Assembly (NCBI GenBank): GCA_030390025.1
Contig: CM059431.1
Span: forward strand, 138,324,001 to 138,388,000
Direction of reading: 5' to 3'
Length of the DNA stretch: 64,000 bases
Source of the DNA: Squalus acanthias
Taxonomy: Eukaryota
Both the position numbers and the translations under genes were made by a program. Numbering within the stretch: the first letter of the stretch is position 1; the number at the start of each line of letters is the position of its first letter. Of this stretch, positions 11,640-25,325 are shown one piece after another. A model generated the notes under the pieces. The model was not told the origin of the DNA. It saw only the letters and a program-made list of their open reading frames with translations, and did no database searches.

Positions 11640-12115
11640 GTTTAAAGTAGCTCGGCCTGCAATGTTACAAAAACATGTTAACTCGGTGCATGATGAACAG
11701 GAGCTGAGAGGAAATTAAAGTCGAAACGTGACCACGTGGATGGACATTTCAAAATAATGCTTGTGTTTCGGAGCGATGCGACAACTTTGAGGGGACATGG
11801 AGGCCATTTGAGTGGTTGTGACGGAGTAAATAGGGAGAAACCATTTCCGGGGCAGGAGGGTGGGTAACCAAAGGGCACAGGTTTAAAATAATTGGCAAAG
11901 AAACAGAGCAGAGAAAGGGAGGATATTTTCTGCAACGAGTTGTTCTGATCTGGAATGCACTGCCTGAAAGGGTGGTGGAGGCAGATTGTCCTTGTATACT
12001 TGTAAAGACACAGTTTGCAGGGCTACGGGGAGAAAGAGGGACTAATTGGATCGCACTTTCAAAGAGCGGGCACAGGCAGGATGGGCCGAATGGGCTGTAT
12101 AATTCTATGATTTGT
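11640..12115 (+). mobile_element. CR1 3' fragment, old
   Basis: tggaatgcactgcctgaaagggtggtggaggcag...gatgggccgaatgg...ttctatgatt, typical CR1 3' end. Confidence 0.7.
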
Positions 12116-12469
12116 TGCAGATTGATGGGGGCCATTTTGCTGTAGGGTGATGTTGACCATTTTACGACAGGTTTATGGCGGCCATTTTCCGATGCCTGTG
12201 GGGCGCCATTTTTAGAGTCCCAGCTGCGCTCTTTTGCTGACACTCAGTCTCACCATCTTGTGTAAATTGTATATCCAGCCTCCCGAGTAAGACCACCCGC
12301 TTCAATAGACCGACAGGTCACGTCTACAGTGTCGTTTGTAGAAGGTGGGATGTACTATTGAGGAACATTTATTTAATATATTTAAACAATGAAGTCAGTT
12401 TTTTATGAAAATAACGAGGAGACCAGGCACGAGCTGAAGTAAGCGGTGGAGTTTTATTAACACAACACA

Positions 12470-12780
12470 GGGACAACAACAATAACTTGCATTTATATAG
12501 CGACTTTAGTGTAATGAAACGTCGCAAGACAATTATCAGACAAAGTTTTACACTGAGCCACATAAATAGATTTTAGGACGGATGACCAAAATCTCGCTGA
12601 AAGAAGTAGGTTTTAAGAAGCGTTTAAAGGAGGAGGAGAGAGTGGCAGAGCTGCAAAGAGGTTTAGAGAGGGCTTTCCAGCGTTTAGGGCCTTGGCAGCT
12701 GAAGTCATGGCGTCAATGTGGAGCAATGAAAATCGTGAATATGCAACAGGTCAGAGGAGTGGAGAGATCTCGGAGGGTTG
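12470..12780 (-). mobile_element. L2-like LINE 3' fragment
   Basis: Reverse complement ends ...gctatataaatgcaagttattgttgttg, resembling an L2-type tail. Confidence 0.5.
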
Positions 12781-12782
12781 TA

Positions 12783-14740
12783 GGGACACTTGTTACAGAG
12801 TCCGACTCGTCACTGGGAGAGACACACACTGTACACAAGGACACTTGTTACAGAGTCTGACTCCACACTGGGAGAGACACACGTTGTAGACAGGGACACT
12901 TGTTACAGAGTCTGACTCCACACTGGGAGAGACACACTGTACACAGGGACACTTGTTACAGAGTCCGACTCCTCACTGGGAGAGACACACACTGTACACA
13001 GGGACACTTGTTAAGAGTCCGACTCCTTCACTGGGAGAGACACACACTGTACACAGGGACACTTGTTGCAGAGTCCAACTCCTCACTGGGAGAGACACAC
13101 ACTGTACACAGGGACACTTGCTACAGAGTCCGACACCTCACTGGGAGTGACACACACTGTACACAGGGACACTTGTTATAGAGTCTGGCTCCGCACTGGG
13201 AGAAAGACACTGTACACAGGGACACTTGTTACAGAGTCTGACTCTTCACTCGCAGAGACACACACTCTACACAGGGACAATTTTTACAGCGTCTGACTCC
13301 TCACTGGGAGAGACACACACTGTACACAGGGACACTTGTTACAGCGTCTGACTCCTCACTGGGAGAGACACAAACTGTACACAGGGACACTTGTTACAGA
13401 GTCCGACACCTCACTGGGAGAGACACACACTGTACACAGGGACACTTGTTACAGAGTCCGACTCCTCACTGAGAGAGACACACACTGTACACAGGGACGC
13501 TTGTTACAGAGTCCGACTCCTCACTGGGAGAGACACACACTGTACACAGGGACACTTGTTACAGAGGCCGACACCTCACTGGGAGAGACACACACTGTAC
13601 ACAGGGACACTTGTTATAGAGTCTGGCTCCGCACTGGGAGAAACACACTGTACACAGGGACACTTGTTACAGAGTCAGACTCTTCACTCGCAGAGACACA
13701 CACTCTACACAGGGACGCTTGTTACAGCGTCTGACGCCTCACTGGGAGAGACACACACTGTACACAGGGACACTTGTTACAGAGTCTGAATCCTCACTGG
13801 AAGAGCCACACACTGCTCACAGGGACACTAGTTACAGAATCTTACATCTCACTGGGAGAGACACACACTGTACACAGGGACACTTGTTACAGAGTCTGAC
13901 TCTTCACTGGGGGAGACACAAACTGTACACAGGAACACTTGTTACAGAGTCCGACACCTCACTGGGAGAGACACACACTGTACACAGGAACGCTTGTTAC
14001 ATAGTCCGACTCCTCACTGGGAGAGACACACACTGTACACAGGGACACTTGTTACAGAGTCCGACACCTCACTGGGAGAGACACACACTGTACACAGGGA
14101 CACTTGTTACAGAGTCTGACTCTTCACTCGCAGAGACACACACTCTATACAGGGACGCTTGTTACAGCATCTGACTACTCACTGGGAGAGACACACACTG
14201 TACACAGGGACACTTGTTACAGAGTCTGACTCCTCACTGGAAGAGCCACACACTGTACACAGGGACACTTGTTACAGAGTCTGATTCCTCACTGGGAGAG
14301 ACACACACTGTACACAGGGACACTTGTTACAGAGTCTGACTCCTCACTGGGAGAGACAGACAATGTAACAGGGACACTTGTTACATATTCTGACTCCTCA
14401 CTGGTAGAGTCTCACACTGTACACAGGGACACTTGTTAGAGCATCTAACTCCTCACTGGGAGAGACACGCACTGTACACAGGGACACTTGTTAAATAGTC
14501 TGACTCCTCAGTGGGAGAGACACACACTGTACACAGGAACACTTGTTACATTGTCCGACTCCACACTGGGAGAGACACACACTGTATGCAGGGACACTTG
14601 TTACAGATTCCGACTCCTCACTCGCAGAGTCACACACTGCACACATGGATACTTGTTACAGAGTCCGACTCCTCACTTGTTTAGACACACACTGTACACA
14701 GGGACACTGGTTACAGAGTCCGACTCCTCACTGGGAGCGA
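12783..14740. repeat. Minisatellite, 55-bp unit, ~35 copies
   Basis: Unit GGGACACTTGTTACAGAGTCCGACTCCTCACTGGGAGAGACACACACTGTACACA. Confidence 0.97.
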
Positions 14741-15084
14741 CACCCAGGAATACTGAGTGCAATTTTCAGTGTCCCAATGCCTCCCAGACTGAGCCGCACC
14801 CTTGGCCCTTCCTGTCTGTGCATTTCACCAGTGCCCCATTGGGCAACATTCAGCCCGAATATCCTGCAGAAGCAGCGCTGTGGGGCCGGGTGGCTGTGTC
14901 TCGTGACCCAGTGTCTGGGCCACTGACGTCACAATGGGAGATGACGCTCGCTCAGCTCGAGCTGGTAACCCTTAAAGGGACGGATAAGATTAAAACCCGG
15001 AGCGCGTTCGCTTAAAGGGGATGGGCAGAAAATCGGACAAAATGGCCATATAATGAAACCAATAATGGTCATTAATTGAAATGT

Positions 15085-15172
15085 TCACACAAATACTCTC
15101 AGTCTGGGTCTTGATTACCACAGCGACTGCAGGTCCCTGTTTCCATCTGAACTGAACTGATTTCCCAACAGC
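15085..15172 (-). pseudogene. NLR terminal exon
   Basis: tttcAG| then LLGNQFSSDGNRDLQSLW*SRPRLRVFV*; premature TAA at 15115-15117. Confidence 0.75.
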
Positions 15173-15323
15173 CTGAAATAGATTAAAGATTAAACAGGAA
15201 ATAAACAGACAGGGAGACTGGGTTTAATATTTCAACAAAAATTACAAAAAATATTACCCTTAAAAGTGACTAAATCCCTTTAATATTGTATTTATTACAT
15301 TAAGCGTTTACACAAACACTCAC

Positions 15324-15491
15324 CTTATCCACTTCAGACTCCTGCAGGTCAGTATGAGGCGGTGAAGAGTTGGGACAGATCGGTCTGTGAAGAAGTTTGA
15401 TCCCAGGTTCAGATCCGTCAATGACCGGTTTGTACTGAGATCGGAGGCGAGATCCTCGGTACAAGAATCTGTGAGACCGACATCCCATAGC
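15324..15491 (-). pseudogene. NLR LRR exon (168 bp)
   Basis: cgcAG|...|GTgagt; LWDVGLTDSCTEDLASDLSTNRSLTDLNLGSNFFTDRSVPTLHRLILTCRSLKWI. Confidence 0.88.
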
Positions 15492-15671
15492 CTGCGTATC
15501 AGAGAGAAATAACAGGAAACTGTGTAAATCCCAAGATGACTAATATCACTATACTGATACTAATAATAATGTACAGTGTTTATTAATAACATTATTATTG
15601 CTGCCAATAATAATATGCAGTGTCAGACATCCAGTTATTATAAACACAATCTCTCCTAGTCTGGTACTTAC

Positions 15672-15758
15672 TGCAGTTCCTGTATTTTACAGTCAGGGTT
15701 CCTCAGAGCCGCAGACAAGAGTTTCACTCCTGAATCTCCCAGTTTATTGCTCCTCAGT
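15672..15758 (-). pseudogene. NLR LRR exon (87 bp)
   Basis: tgtAG|...|GTaagt; LRSNKLGDSGVKLLSAALRNPDCKIQEL, ribonuclease-inhibitor-like LRR. Confidence 0.9.
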
Positions 15759-15859
15759 CTACATACAAACAGAGAGTGAGAAACAAACTGAATAAAACCC
15801 GGGATCTAATATATTTTTATCTCTCGGTTATTACAGTACTCACTGAAAGTACTTCAGCA

Positions 15860-17010
15860 AATTAATAACCCGGTTTCCCCCCGCGAGATCCCACCTTGGC
15901 GGGCCCGGTTGGGCCGGGGAAGGTGGCGGCTTCCGGTCCCGATCTGTCGAAGGACTTTCCCCTGATTGGCTTGGAAAACACGTCCAGCGCGTTTTCCGGC
16001 CAATTAGAGGAAGCGGGTCTGGTGCCGTCACTTGATGACGCGGCAGAAGCCGCTTTCCTTAAAGGGGCCATGAACAAATTTAGCTTGACATTTGTGCTGT
16101 CAGTGTTCTACAGCACTGAGGTGCTGCAAATACTGACAAGCACTGCACAAAGGTGCACGGCTGCACCCAGCACGCAGGGAGGTTCCCTTCACTTCCAATG
16201 GACGGAAGAGACCTCCCCTGGAGACCAATGCAGCCTCGTTGCACATTGCATAGGAGGACACAAGCAGGAATGTCATCAGGAGGACCAGGCTGCAGTGGCA
16301 CAAACCTTTCAATTATCTCAGTAGATCACAAAACGTTCCTGCAAAGACACACTCAACCTCATCCTGCTGTGCCACACATCACATCCTCATCACTCTGCCT
16401 TCCCTACACTACCCCTGCACATTCTTACTCACACCAACTTACCTTGTACCTCCACCCATCCCTATCTATCTACATATCAGATCCCCATCTCACTCATCCT
16501 CATCCTAGTCCAATCATACCAACTAATAACACACAAGGGAAGACAATTGTGTGTTTTAGCAAATGTTCATGTGAAGTTTCTGTTAATATGCTGCCAAAGA
16601 TTGAAAGCTTTATTTTCAATACATTCCGTTCTTGGACAGATCTGTGTGCGCATTTGAAAGTGGATTACAGAGTTGCAGTGAATGGTGAGAAATAACGGTA
16701 ACCCCGCAATGCTGATGAGTATGGAAGGAATGGCTTGGGCATTGTAGAGATGCTTTATGTTGTTGGTGTGGGGTGGTGCCAATCTGGCGCATCATGTGGC
16801 AGCCAGTGTGTACAGCATCAAGTGAAGTAAATCTGGCCTTGTTGAGGCCATCCCTGTCGTCCCAGGCAGCAATGTGGACGAAATTAAATGAGAAAGTGGT
16901 GATTCCCTGTACTTTATACTCTGTGCATTATATTAATCTGTATAATATCTCGGGTTGAGTTATATTTTCAAACGGCGCTGACTGCTGCTGTAAAATCCGC
17001 CCCCCCCCCA
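15860..17010 (+). mobile_element. PIF/Harbinger-like DNA transposon remnant with Myb/SANT-like ORF fragment
   Basis: 16170-16336 translates RREVPFTSNGRKRPPLETNAASLHIA*EDTSRNVIRRTRLQWHKPFNYLSR (Myb/SANT-like pattern); CpG-rich 5' part with CCAAT boxes; possible TIR gtaaaatccgccc at ~16990-17003; boundaries approximate. Confidence 0.55.
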
Positions 17011-17928
17011 GGTTTTTACGAAGCAAGGATAGTTTATTCTGTCCCGTTACAATTTTTAAATGTCCCTGTACTCCTAGTTTATAGGGGAGGGGAGTCTCTC
17101 ACTTTATTTCCATTAAACTGGCACTACATTTATTTCAGGTGTAACTGGCCCGACAGTTTTTGGGGAATTTTCGGAAGTTCCCTCACCGAGCGGGGCCTCA
17201 CACACAGGGGGCGGATTATGGGGAATTCCTGGGTTCACTGCCCCCGGTTTACCCAGGAGACGCCCGCTGTGTGCGGGGCCCCACCGCTGGCCGGTGTGTG
17301 CCTGTACTCCGGGGCTAATACCCCAAAACCCGTTAGATTGGAATCTTTATACCGGCAGAATTACGAGCTTGAATATCAATCTTTACTCAATGTTCAGGAC
17401 TGTGTATAATTGTAAATATTCAAAGCTGAAAGAATTCCCGATTCCCCAATATTTCCAATCCAGGAAACGTCCTCCTCGACAAGACACAGTCTGCACGGTA
17501 TTGGGAGCAAATATCTAACTATCAGTGATTTAAACTCGGGTTTCTGTACTGTTTCTAGTTGAAATGGTGGATAGGGAAAATATTTTAAATTAATTTTGCC
17601 TTTACTGCCGGATTATATTTTATGTTTATATCCCGTTGCCCCGCCACTTAAATATGATTTATTGTAATTGAATTATCAGGCACTCAGTGACCTGTATTTA
17701 CTGATCCGATAAAGGCTGTGAAATCTGGACTTGTTCACAAGGATCCATTTTAGATTCTCCAGTCCTTAGGGAATTACGAATCTCTCCTCTTATTTTTGGT
17801 AGTATAAGTATTGAATCTGCTTCTCTCTGGTTTAACGGAACTGGTTGTTTCCCTTCATTACGGAGCAACAACACAATCCGTGACTGTTATACAATTCGCC
17901 CAACAGTTAGAGACAAATAGACAGTTAC

Positions 17929-19700
17929 CTCAACACCCGACATTTGTGCAGTACGGGTCCCAGCCGCTGGAGTCCTTCACATTGAATGGAGCAGCCTCCG
18001 AGATCGAGGTTTTTTATTGTATCACAGAGTTCAATGACATGAGACAGGACCGCACAGTCAATCGGAGTCAGTCGCAATCCATTAAATGTAACTGTTTCCA
18101 GAGATCCCACTGTTGCCCGAGCCAGTGCGTTATTCTGAGACTCAAACAGGTCGTGGAATGTGTCCAGGATGTCCCTTTTATCAGTTTCACTCGATGTGTT
18201 CCCAATCTGTCCTTCAACCTTTTCCTTCACCCAGTCAATCACTCAGCAGGTGGTTTGATGAATAAATGGACCCAGAAACTCCTCCAGGGGCCGAGCTGAC
18301 TGTGGGGAGGAAAGACCAGCAACAAAACGGAGAAATCTGAAATCGCCCATCTTCCTTGCTGTGGGCTTCACTGAGGAGTTTCCGAATGTGCCCAGGATCT
18401 GGAGTCAGGAATTGTGCGAGTGCGTCTACAAACTCCTGGATGGTGAGGTGCGGGAATGTATACACAACGCTCTGGGCAGAATCATCTCTCTCCAAAGGGT
18501 CCATCATGAACCCAGACAGGAACTGGGAAGGTTGCAGATTATACTTGATCAAATCTCCATTTCTAAACACAATCTTCTCTTCAGAGACTCCTGTGAAGGC
18601 CATCTCACCAAGCTTCAGTAACACATCACGGGAGCATTCAATCTCTCGGCCATGGTTTTTCAGAATGTTGTAGATGTAGTAGGAATATAGTTGAGTGATG
18701 GTCTTGGGAACTCGCTGCTGATTCCTGTGTCTTTGTGTAAAGAAGGGACCCAGTGCCAAACCGAGGATCCAGCAGTAGGAAGGGTTGTAGCACATGGTGT
18801 AGAGGATCTCGTTCTCCTCCACGTGTTTCAAAACAGCTGCTGCTACCGTCTCATCTTCAAAAAACTTGTTGAAATATTCCTTCCGTTCTTCACCAACAAA
18901 TCCCAGGATTTCAGCCCAGACACTAATCTCAGCCTTTTCCAATAAATGTAATGCAGTGGGGCGACTGGTCACTAGCACTGAACATCCTGGGAGCAGCTTG
19001 TGCTGTATTAAACTGTACACCATGTCAGACACTTCAAACCAGTCTTCAGGATCTGTGCACATGTGCTGAGGTTCTGTATTTCTCCGATTGTCAGCAAAAT
19101 CGATCCTGTCCTTGAATTCATCCAAACCATCGAATATAAACAGCAATCCCTCTGGGTTCTTCTAGAGCTCTCCCAGAACATTCCCAAAGTAAGGATACAG
19201 ATCCAGTATCAGATTCCTCAGGTTTATTCTACAGTTAATGGCGTTTAAATCCCGGAATTTAAAGCTGAAAACAAATTGAAAATGTGGGTATATTTTCCCA
19301 GTGGCCCAGTCATAAACAATCTTTTGTACCATTGTTGTTTTTCCAATCCCCGGGACTCCGCTCACTGCTCCTAAACTCCCAGAATTGGATCGCCAGAAGA
19401 CTCCCTTAATTTTCTGGAGCAAATAGCCTGTCCAGGAAAAACTGCTTTGGAACAATTGATCAGGTCGGATTTTCTCCAGTTCTCCCAGGAGATGTTTCTC
19501 TCTCCACTCTTCATGATCTCGGCCTCTTGCCAGCAGTTCATGTTCTACAATTGTCCGATCTCGAACAGTAGAAATTACCGTTATTTCAGCGTATCGATCA
19601 ACTAGCTGGAAAACCTTAACCTCCTCCTTTATTAGGATAGTGTTCACTATCAGTGTCTCAGTTTGTAACCGGAGTATTTCCTTGTGTCTCTTTTGAACAT
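17929..19700 (-). pseudogene. NLR large NACHT exon
   Basis: gaAG|DVQKRHKEILR...; Walker A GVPGIGKT; Walker B LLFIFDGLDE; VLVTSRP; YTFPHLTIQEF; ends HKCRVLR|GTaact. Lesions: TAG 19162-19164, frameshift near 18335, TGA near 18243-18245. Confidence 0.95.
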
Positions 19701-21184
19701 CTTCAATTAGAACAGTCAGAAAGAGGTTCGCAATGTTAGTGGTATTGACAAAAAAAATCTTCTCAATACTATTTAATGTTCAGTAAAATATTGCAAGATT
19801 GAATTCACTGCTTCAATAGAGGTGCGTGTAGAAATTAAATATCAGTTAATGGATACCTCATTTGAAAGTGAACAATGGCCGAGAAAAGTTTCAAATCCTG
19901 ACTTGATTCTAATATTAACTGAACATGGAGATTTCTATGAAGGTGATATTTTCCCTCTGATGTTTAATACTATCCGGCCTGCCCTGTGCTATAGACATCT
20001 CATTACAAATACACACATGATTCTGATTATACGACAGTAGAAGTTCTAGTGGATCAATCTCTGAAACTGTCAGTGGTGCTTCCCTTCTGCCGCAGTGGAT
20101 AACGGGATTGATTGCTCACCGAGAGGGACAATGTGCAGGCATTGGAAAGTTACCTGGGTTAGTGTGGGTATTGTGAGAGGGACAGATAGTGAATGGACAG
20201 AAATTGCACTGTTACCATATCAACCCTTGAGCAGATTATCTGGGGTAGTGTGCGCTGGGAGAGGCACACGTTGTGAATGGACAGAAGTTCCACAGTTAGT
20301 GTGCGAAATCCTCGGCAGGTATTGTGTGTGCTTCTAATCACATATCCACAGGAAGAATGTTATTGCAATGCTGAAGGTGCAGAGAGAAATACGATGATTA
20401 AGCCACAATTAAGGCAGAGGAAAGGATGCGGTGTTAGATTTGTACCGTTTGGAATAAGAGACTTTGGATGCTGAATTATTGATCAGAATTTCTGACGGAA
20501 GTCACATAATTAATGCCGGAATGTGATTCACAATTAACGCAATTAATTAAGAGAAAACTGACACTAGGAAGCAGGACTAAGAAGGGAAATCAGAGTAATC
20601 ATTTTCACCACAGGGTAATAGAGCGGGAGACCAGTTACCAGGGAGGACACCAAGTGGCAGTGTAATAGTGGAAAGAGACAATTGGTTGTGTTTCTGTGGA
20701 TACACTGAGAGGAGGGCAGGTGGGTTCATCTCTGACAGGTACAGACTGGTTTGGACAAGTGGCCTTTTCTTCCCCTAAACATCCTCCTGTTGTGTTTCAG
20801 AAAATGCGATCAGCTTTCAGTAATTTTACCCTTATATTATTTTTAAATAACAGTCTCATCAGATAAACGATCAGAATTAAATTGAACTACCGCCGACTCC
20901 ACTCAGTATTACGTTAGGGAAGAAAAGATTGAGAGTTCATTTCAACAGTTACAATTATTAAACTCCAATGTTTCATTTGGATACGAGTTTCCTACAATGT
21001 AGTTTTGAAAATTACAAATATTTTTCTGATAATCAGTAAATTGGGATTCAAAATCCCCCTAAATGAAATGACGCTTCTTTCAGTGCAACAAGCTTTTGTG
21101 TTCTTAGTTTGTCTGTTTTACTGCGAGAGGTAATCGCTCCAATCAATTTCAAATCAGCCATAACATGGCCTTTTCCTCATGTTC

Positions 21185-21925
21185 CTGGGGATTCACAGTG
21201 TATTGGTATCCTGCCAGGTATATATGGGGTTTCGTAGTGTATTGGGATCCCGCCAGGTATGTATGGGGTTTCACAGTGTATGAGGATCCTGCCTGATGTG
21301 TAGGGGGTTTCACAGTGTATCAAGACCCTGCCAGGTGTGTATGGCGTTTCACAGTGCATTAGGATCCTGCCAGCCTTGAATGGGGTTTCACAGTGTATCA
21401 GGATCCAGCCAGGTTTGTATGGGGTTTAACAGTGCATCAGGATCCTGCCAGGTGTGTATGGGGTTTCATACTCTATGGGGATCCTGCCAGGAGTGTATGG
21501 GATTTCACAGTGTATCAGGATCCTGCCAAACGTGTATGTGGTTTCACAGTGTATCGGTATCCTGCCAGGTGTGTACGGGGTTTTGCAGTGGATCAGGGTC
21601 GTGCCAAGTGAGTATGTGAATTCACAGTATATAAAGATTCTGCCCGGTGTGTATCGGGTTACACAGTGTATCAGGATCCTGCCAGCTGTGTTTGGGTTTC
21701 ACAGTATATCAGGATCCTGCCAGGGGTGTATGGGATTTCACAGTGTATCAGTATCCTGCCAGGTGTGTATGGGGTTTCACAGTATATCAGGATCCTGCCG
21801 GGTGTGTATGGGGTTTCACAGTGTATCAGGATCCTGCCAGGTGTGTATGGGATTTCGTAGTGTATCAGGATCCTACCGGGTGTGTATGGGGTTTCACAGT
21901 GTATCAGGATCCTGCCACGTGTATG
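21185..21925. repeat. Minisatellite, 39-bp unit, ~19 copies (intronic)
   Basis: Unit GGGGTTTCACAGTGTATCAGGATCCTGCCAGGTGTGTAT. Confidence 0.95.
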
Positions 21926-22182
21926 CGATGTGTGATGCAATCACTGGAGCAGAGAAGATTTGCAAATGTCCCCAATAATTCAAAAATCGGCGTTAATTGT
22001 AAATTGAATCTATGCAGAACTGTTGTGGTTTAATCACGTACCCAAACAATGTTCAATCCTATTTCCTTAGCCTTCGAACCTCTCATTCCCAGATTCTGAC
22101 AATCTTTAATCAATCGGCTCCAGTCAAACATTCGGATTCTATAGTGAAATAAATGTATTGAAATCTCCATTTCATCACTTAC

Positions 22183-22248
22183 CTTTCAGGTGACTGGGTA
22201 TTTCGGATACACCTCTTGCGATGTTCATGTAATCAAATGGATCAGAAC
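22183..22248 (-). pseudogene. NLR linker exon (66 bp)
   Basis: aacAG|GSDPFDYMNIARGVSEIPSHLK|GTaagt; phase fits the NACHT exon. Confidence 0.85.
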
Positions 22249-22347
22249 CTGTTTAAATCAATTAGCTTTCATGAATTCTGATCTGTGAAATATTGTAATA
22301 AAATCGTTTTTGAATCTGAATTTGAATTCAGTGTGATTTTACCGTAC

Positions 22348-22519
22348 CAAGTTCCTGTAATTCTTTCAGTATTTTGTCCAACTTCGGTACCCCGTGGCGC
22401 ATTTTCACGAAGTATTCCCACATCACCCTTCGGGCCCTGGAGCCTTTCTCCATCATCAGATTTAGAAGAAGTTTGGAACTGTCCGCCCGGTTACCCTTCT
22501 CCACGAGCTTAGTGACTTT
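22348..22519 (-). pseudogene. NLR CARD-like exon, C-terminal half
   Basis: KVTKLVEKGNRADSSKLLLNLMMEKGSRARRVMWEYFVKMRHGVPKLDKILKELQEL; no AG at the expected acceptor (ttcatt|aaa). Confidence 0.85.
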
Positions 22520-23289
22520 AATGAATATATTGAGGAGCGGAGTGAAAGATACACACTGAGAATGAGAAGAAAATGATCTGCACAGTGATGGGCTCTCCCA
22601 GTTGTTGAGAACAGAGAGCAGTCACTGGACCGGACACTGATCCATTCTGAAAAGGGGCTGAATATTCTGTAAGCTTCTTGATTCAGTCATTAATGGCAAA
22701 GAAATCTGATGAATTAAAGTTCTCGGAAAGCGAGAAAGCACTGAGAATCTGCAGCACTAGTAACGTGATTAGTTGTCTCTGTCCTTCAGTGTACCAAATT
22801 ACTGAATAAACAATTCAGTAATGATGTGATAAACTCGTTTCTCACATTTTTTCCTGCTGCTACACTTTGTGATTTATTGAGAAATAAAACATCAGCGAAT
22901 CAGAACTCCAGTTGCAGGGAAGGAACGAAGCTGAAGTGAGAGAAAAAGTTAGAAAACTGCCTGAGAAATTATCATTGACTAATCGAAACAATCACTGTTG
23001 ATGTATAGGGCGGGAGAATCGAACAATCAAAATAATGCTAAAAAATCTAATCACTTTTTCCATCGGTAATTGACATGTCTGGAACCCATTATTTTGCACA
23101 CCCGCTGCCGGTATAAAACCTCGGTAACCGGGAACAGATATCCAGCTATGGGGTTGGTGTAGTCAGGAATTTCATCATAAAAGCTTATATTTATATAACA
23201 CCTTTAATACAGAAAATAAAACGACGAAAGGCACTTCACAGAGGTTCAATCAGACAATGGATATAGAGACGACGAGGCGTCGAGAACAA

Positions 23290-25325
23290 TAGCGTGTTGG
23301 TTATATTACTGGACGAGTAATCCGGAGACAATGGTTCAAATCCCATCGTGGACGTTTCATGAATTTGAATTCAAATTCGAATTTGAAACATTTCGATATA
23401 AAAAGCTGATATTCGTAAAGATTGTCATAAAACCCAATGGTCGAAACGTGACTCCAGTCCTTCAGCAATGTGATGGCCTCTGAAATGGCCTAGAAAGCCC
23501 TAAGAAAGATACGGTAGAATAAAACCGGGCGGACCGCTCGGCTTCAGCATTGGATCTGGACACGAAGAAGGAACACCCAGCCCAGTCAACCCGGCAAAGC
23601 CCTCCTCACTAACATCTGGGGACTGGTGCCAAAGTGGGGAGAAGTGGACCACATTAGTCAAGCAACTGTGTGACGCAGTGATACTTATAAAATCATAGTT
23701 ATTAGCCAACGTCCCAGGCACCTCCATCAGCATTCATCGGTATTTCCTGTCCCACCAGCAGGACAGACCCACCAGTGGTGGGGCACAGTGATATACACTC
23801 AGATGCAAGTGCCCTGGGAATCATTAATATTGATCGGTATTTCCTGTCCCACCGGCAGGACAGACCCACCAGTGGTGGGGCACAGTGATATACCCTCGGA
23901 TGCAAGTGCCCTGGCAATCACTAACATTGACTCCAGAGCCAATGAAATCTCATGCAATCAGGTCAAATATGGGCAAGGAAACCTCTTGCTGATTACCACC
24001 TACCACCCTCCCTCAGCCGATGATTCAGTGCTGCTCCATTTTGAACACAACTTGGAGGAAGCACTAAAGGTGACAAAAGGTCCAGAATGTAAATTACATG
24101 TGCCTTTTACTGCCGAGTTGCCCCGCAAATCGATATCAAGCAACAAGTGAATGCACTGGGCACAGCAAATGCTACAGGTCCCGTCAACATTCTGGCTGTA
24201 TTGTTGAAGATCTGTGCTCTGGAACTAACTGCACCTCTGGTCAAGTTTTTCCAGTACTTCCACAGCATTGCAATCTGCCCGACAATGTACAGAATTGTCC
24301 AGATATGACCTGTTCACACAGAGCATGGCAAATCCAAACCGATCAATTACCGCCCTATCAGCCTACGCTCAATCATTAACACTGCTATCAAGCAGCACTT
24401 AATCACAAATAAACTGCACACCGAGGCTCAAGTTGAGTTCCACAACGAATTCCAGCTGTGAGGTGAGAGTGACTGTGCTTGACATCAAGGCAGTTTTCGA
24501 CGTGTGTGGCACCATGTAGTCTGGTTGTTGGAGGCGAATCGTCTCAGCAACAGGACATCACTGCAGGAGTTCCTCGGGACAGTGTCCTCGGACTAACCAT
24601 ACAGCTGCTTCGTCAATTACCTTCCCTCCATCATAAAGCTCGGAGTGGGGATGCTCTCTGATGATTGCACAGGGTTTAGCTCCATTTTCAATTCGTCAGA
24701 TGCATGCAGCATGACCTGGACAAAATCTAGGCTTGGGCGGATAATTGGCAAGTAACATTCGCGCCACACAAGTGCCAGGCCATGCCCATCTCCATAAAGA
24801 GAGTTCAAACATGTCCCTTTATCATTCACTGGCATTGCCATCGTCAAATCTCTACCATTGACTAGCCACAAAAAAACTCGTGTCTACTAGAGAAGGTCAG
24901 AGGTTGGTTATTCTGTGGCGACTGGCTCAAATCCTGGCCACCCAGGAGCCTCTACTGCACCTATAAGGTACAACTGCGGCGTGTGATGGAAAACTCCCCA
25001 CTTGCCTGGATCGGTGCAGCTGCAACAACACTCAAGAAGCTCCACGCAATCCAGGACAGAGAAATACGCTTCATCGGCAGCCCACCCACCACCTTAAACA
25101 TCCAATCCCTCCACGAACGGTGCACCATCGCTGCACTGTGTGCTATTTACAGAAAGAAATACAGCAGTTCGCCAAGGCTTCTTTGAGAGCACCTCTTAAA
25201 CTCGCGGACACTGCCACCAAGTTGGACCAGAGCAGCATCCGCATGGAAACACCACCACCACCAAGTTCCACTTCAAGTAATATACGATCCTGACTTGAAC
25301 ATATATCGCCGTTCCTTCATCGGCA
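23290..25325 (+). mobile_element. Degenerate CR1-clade LINE (second family) with tRNA-like head
   Basis: EN fragment GQGNLLLITTYHPPSAD, RT fragments AGVPRDSVLG and MENSPLAW; similar to 32365-33365; ~98-bp internal tandem duplication at ~23735-23930. Confidence 0.7.

Noticed and set aside
10845..14740. Regularly spaced repeats suggesting CRISPR arrays or repeat-protein genes
   Set aside because: Head-to-tail units with no unique spacers, in eukaryotic DNA; the ORFs are by-products of minisatellites (same for the 39-bp and 51-bp arrays)
17925..19647. Three NACHT-region ORFs as separate functional genes
   Set aside because: They are one exon broken by two stops and a frameshift
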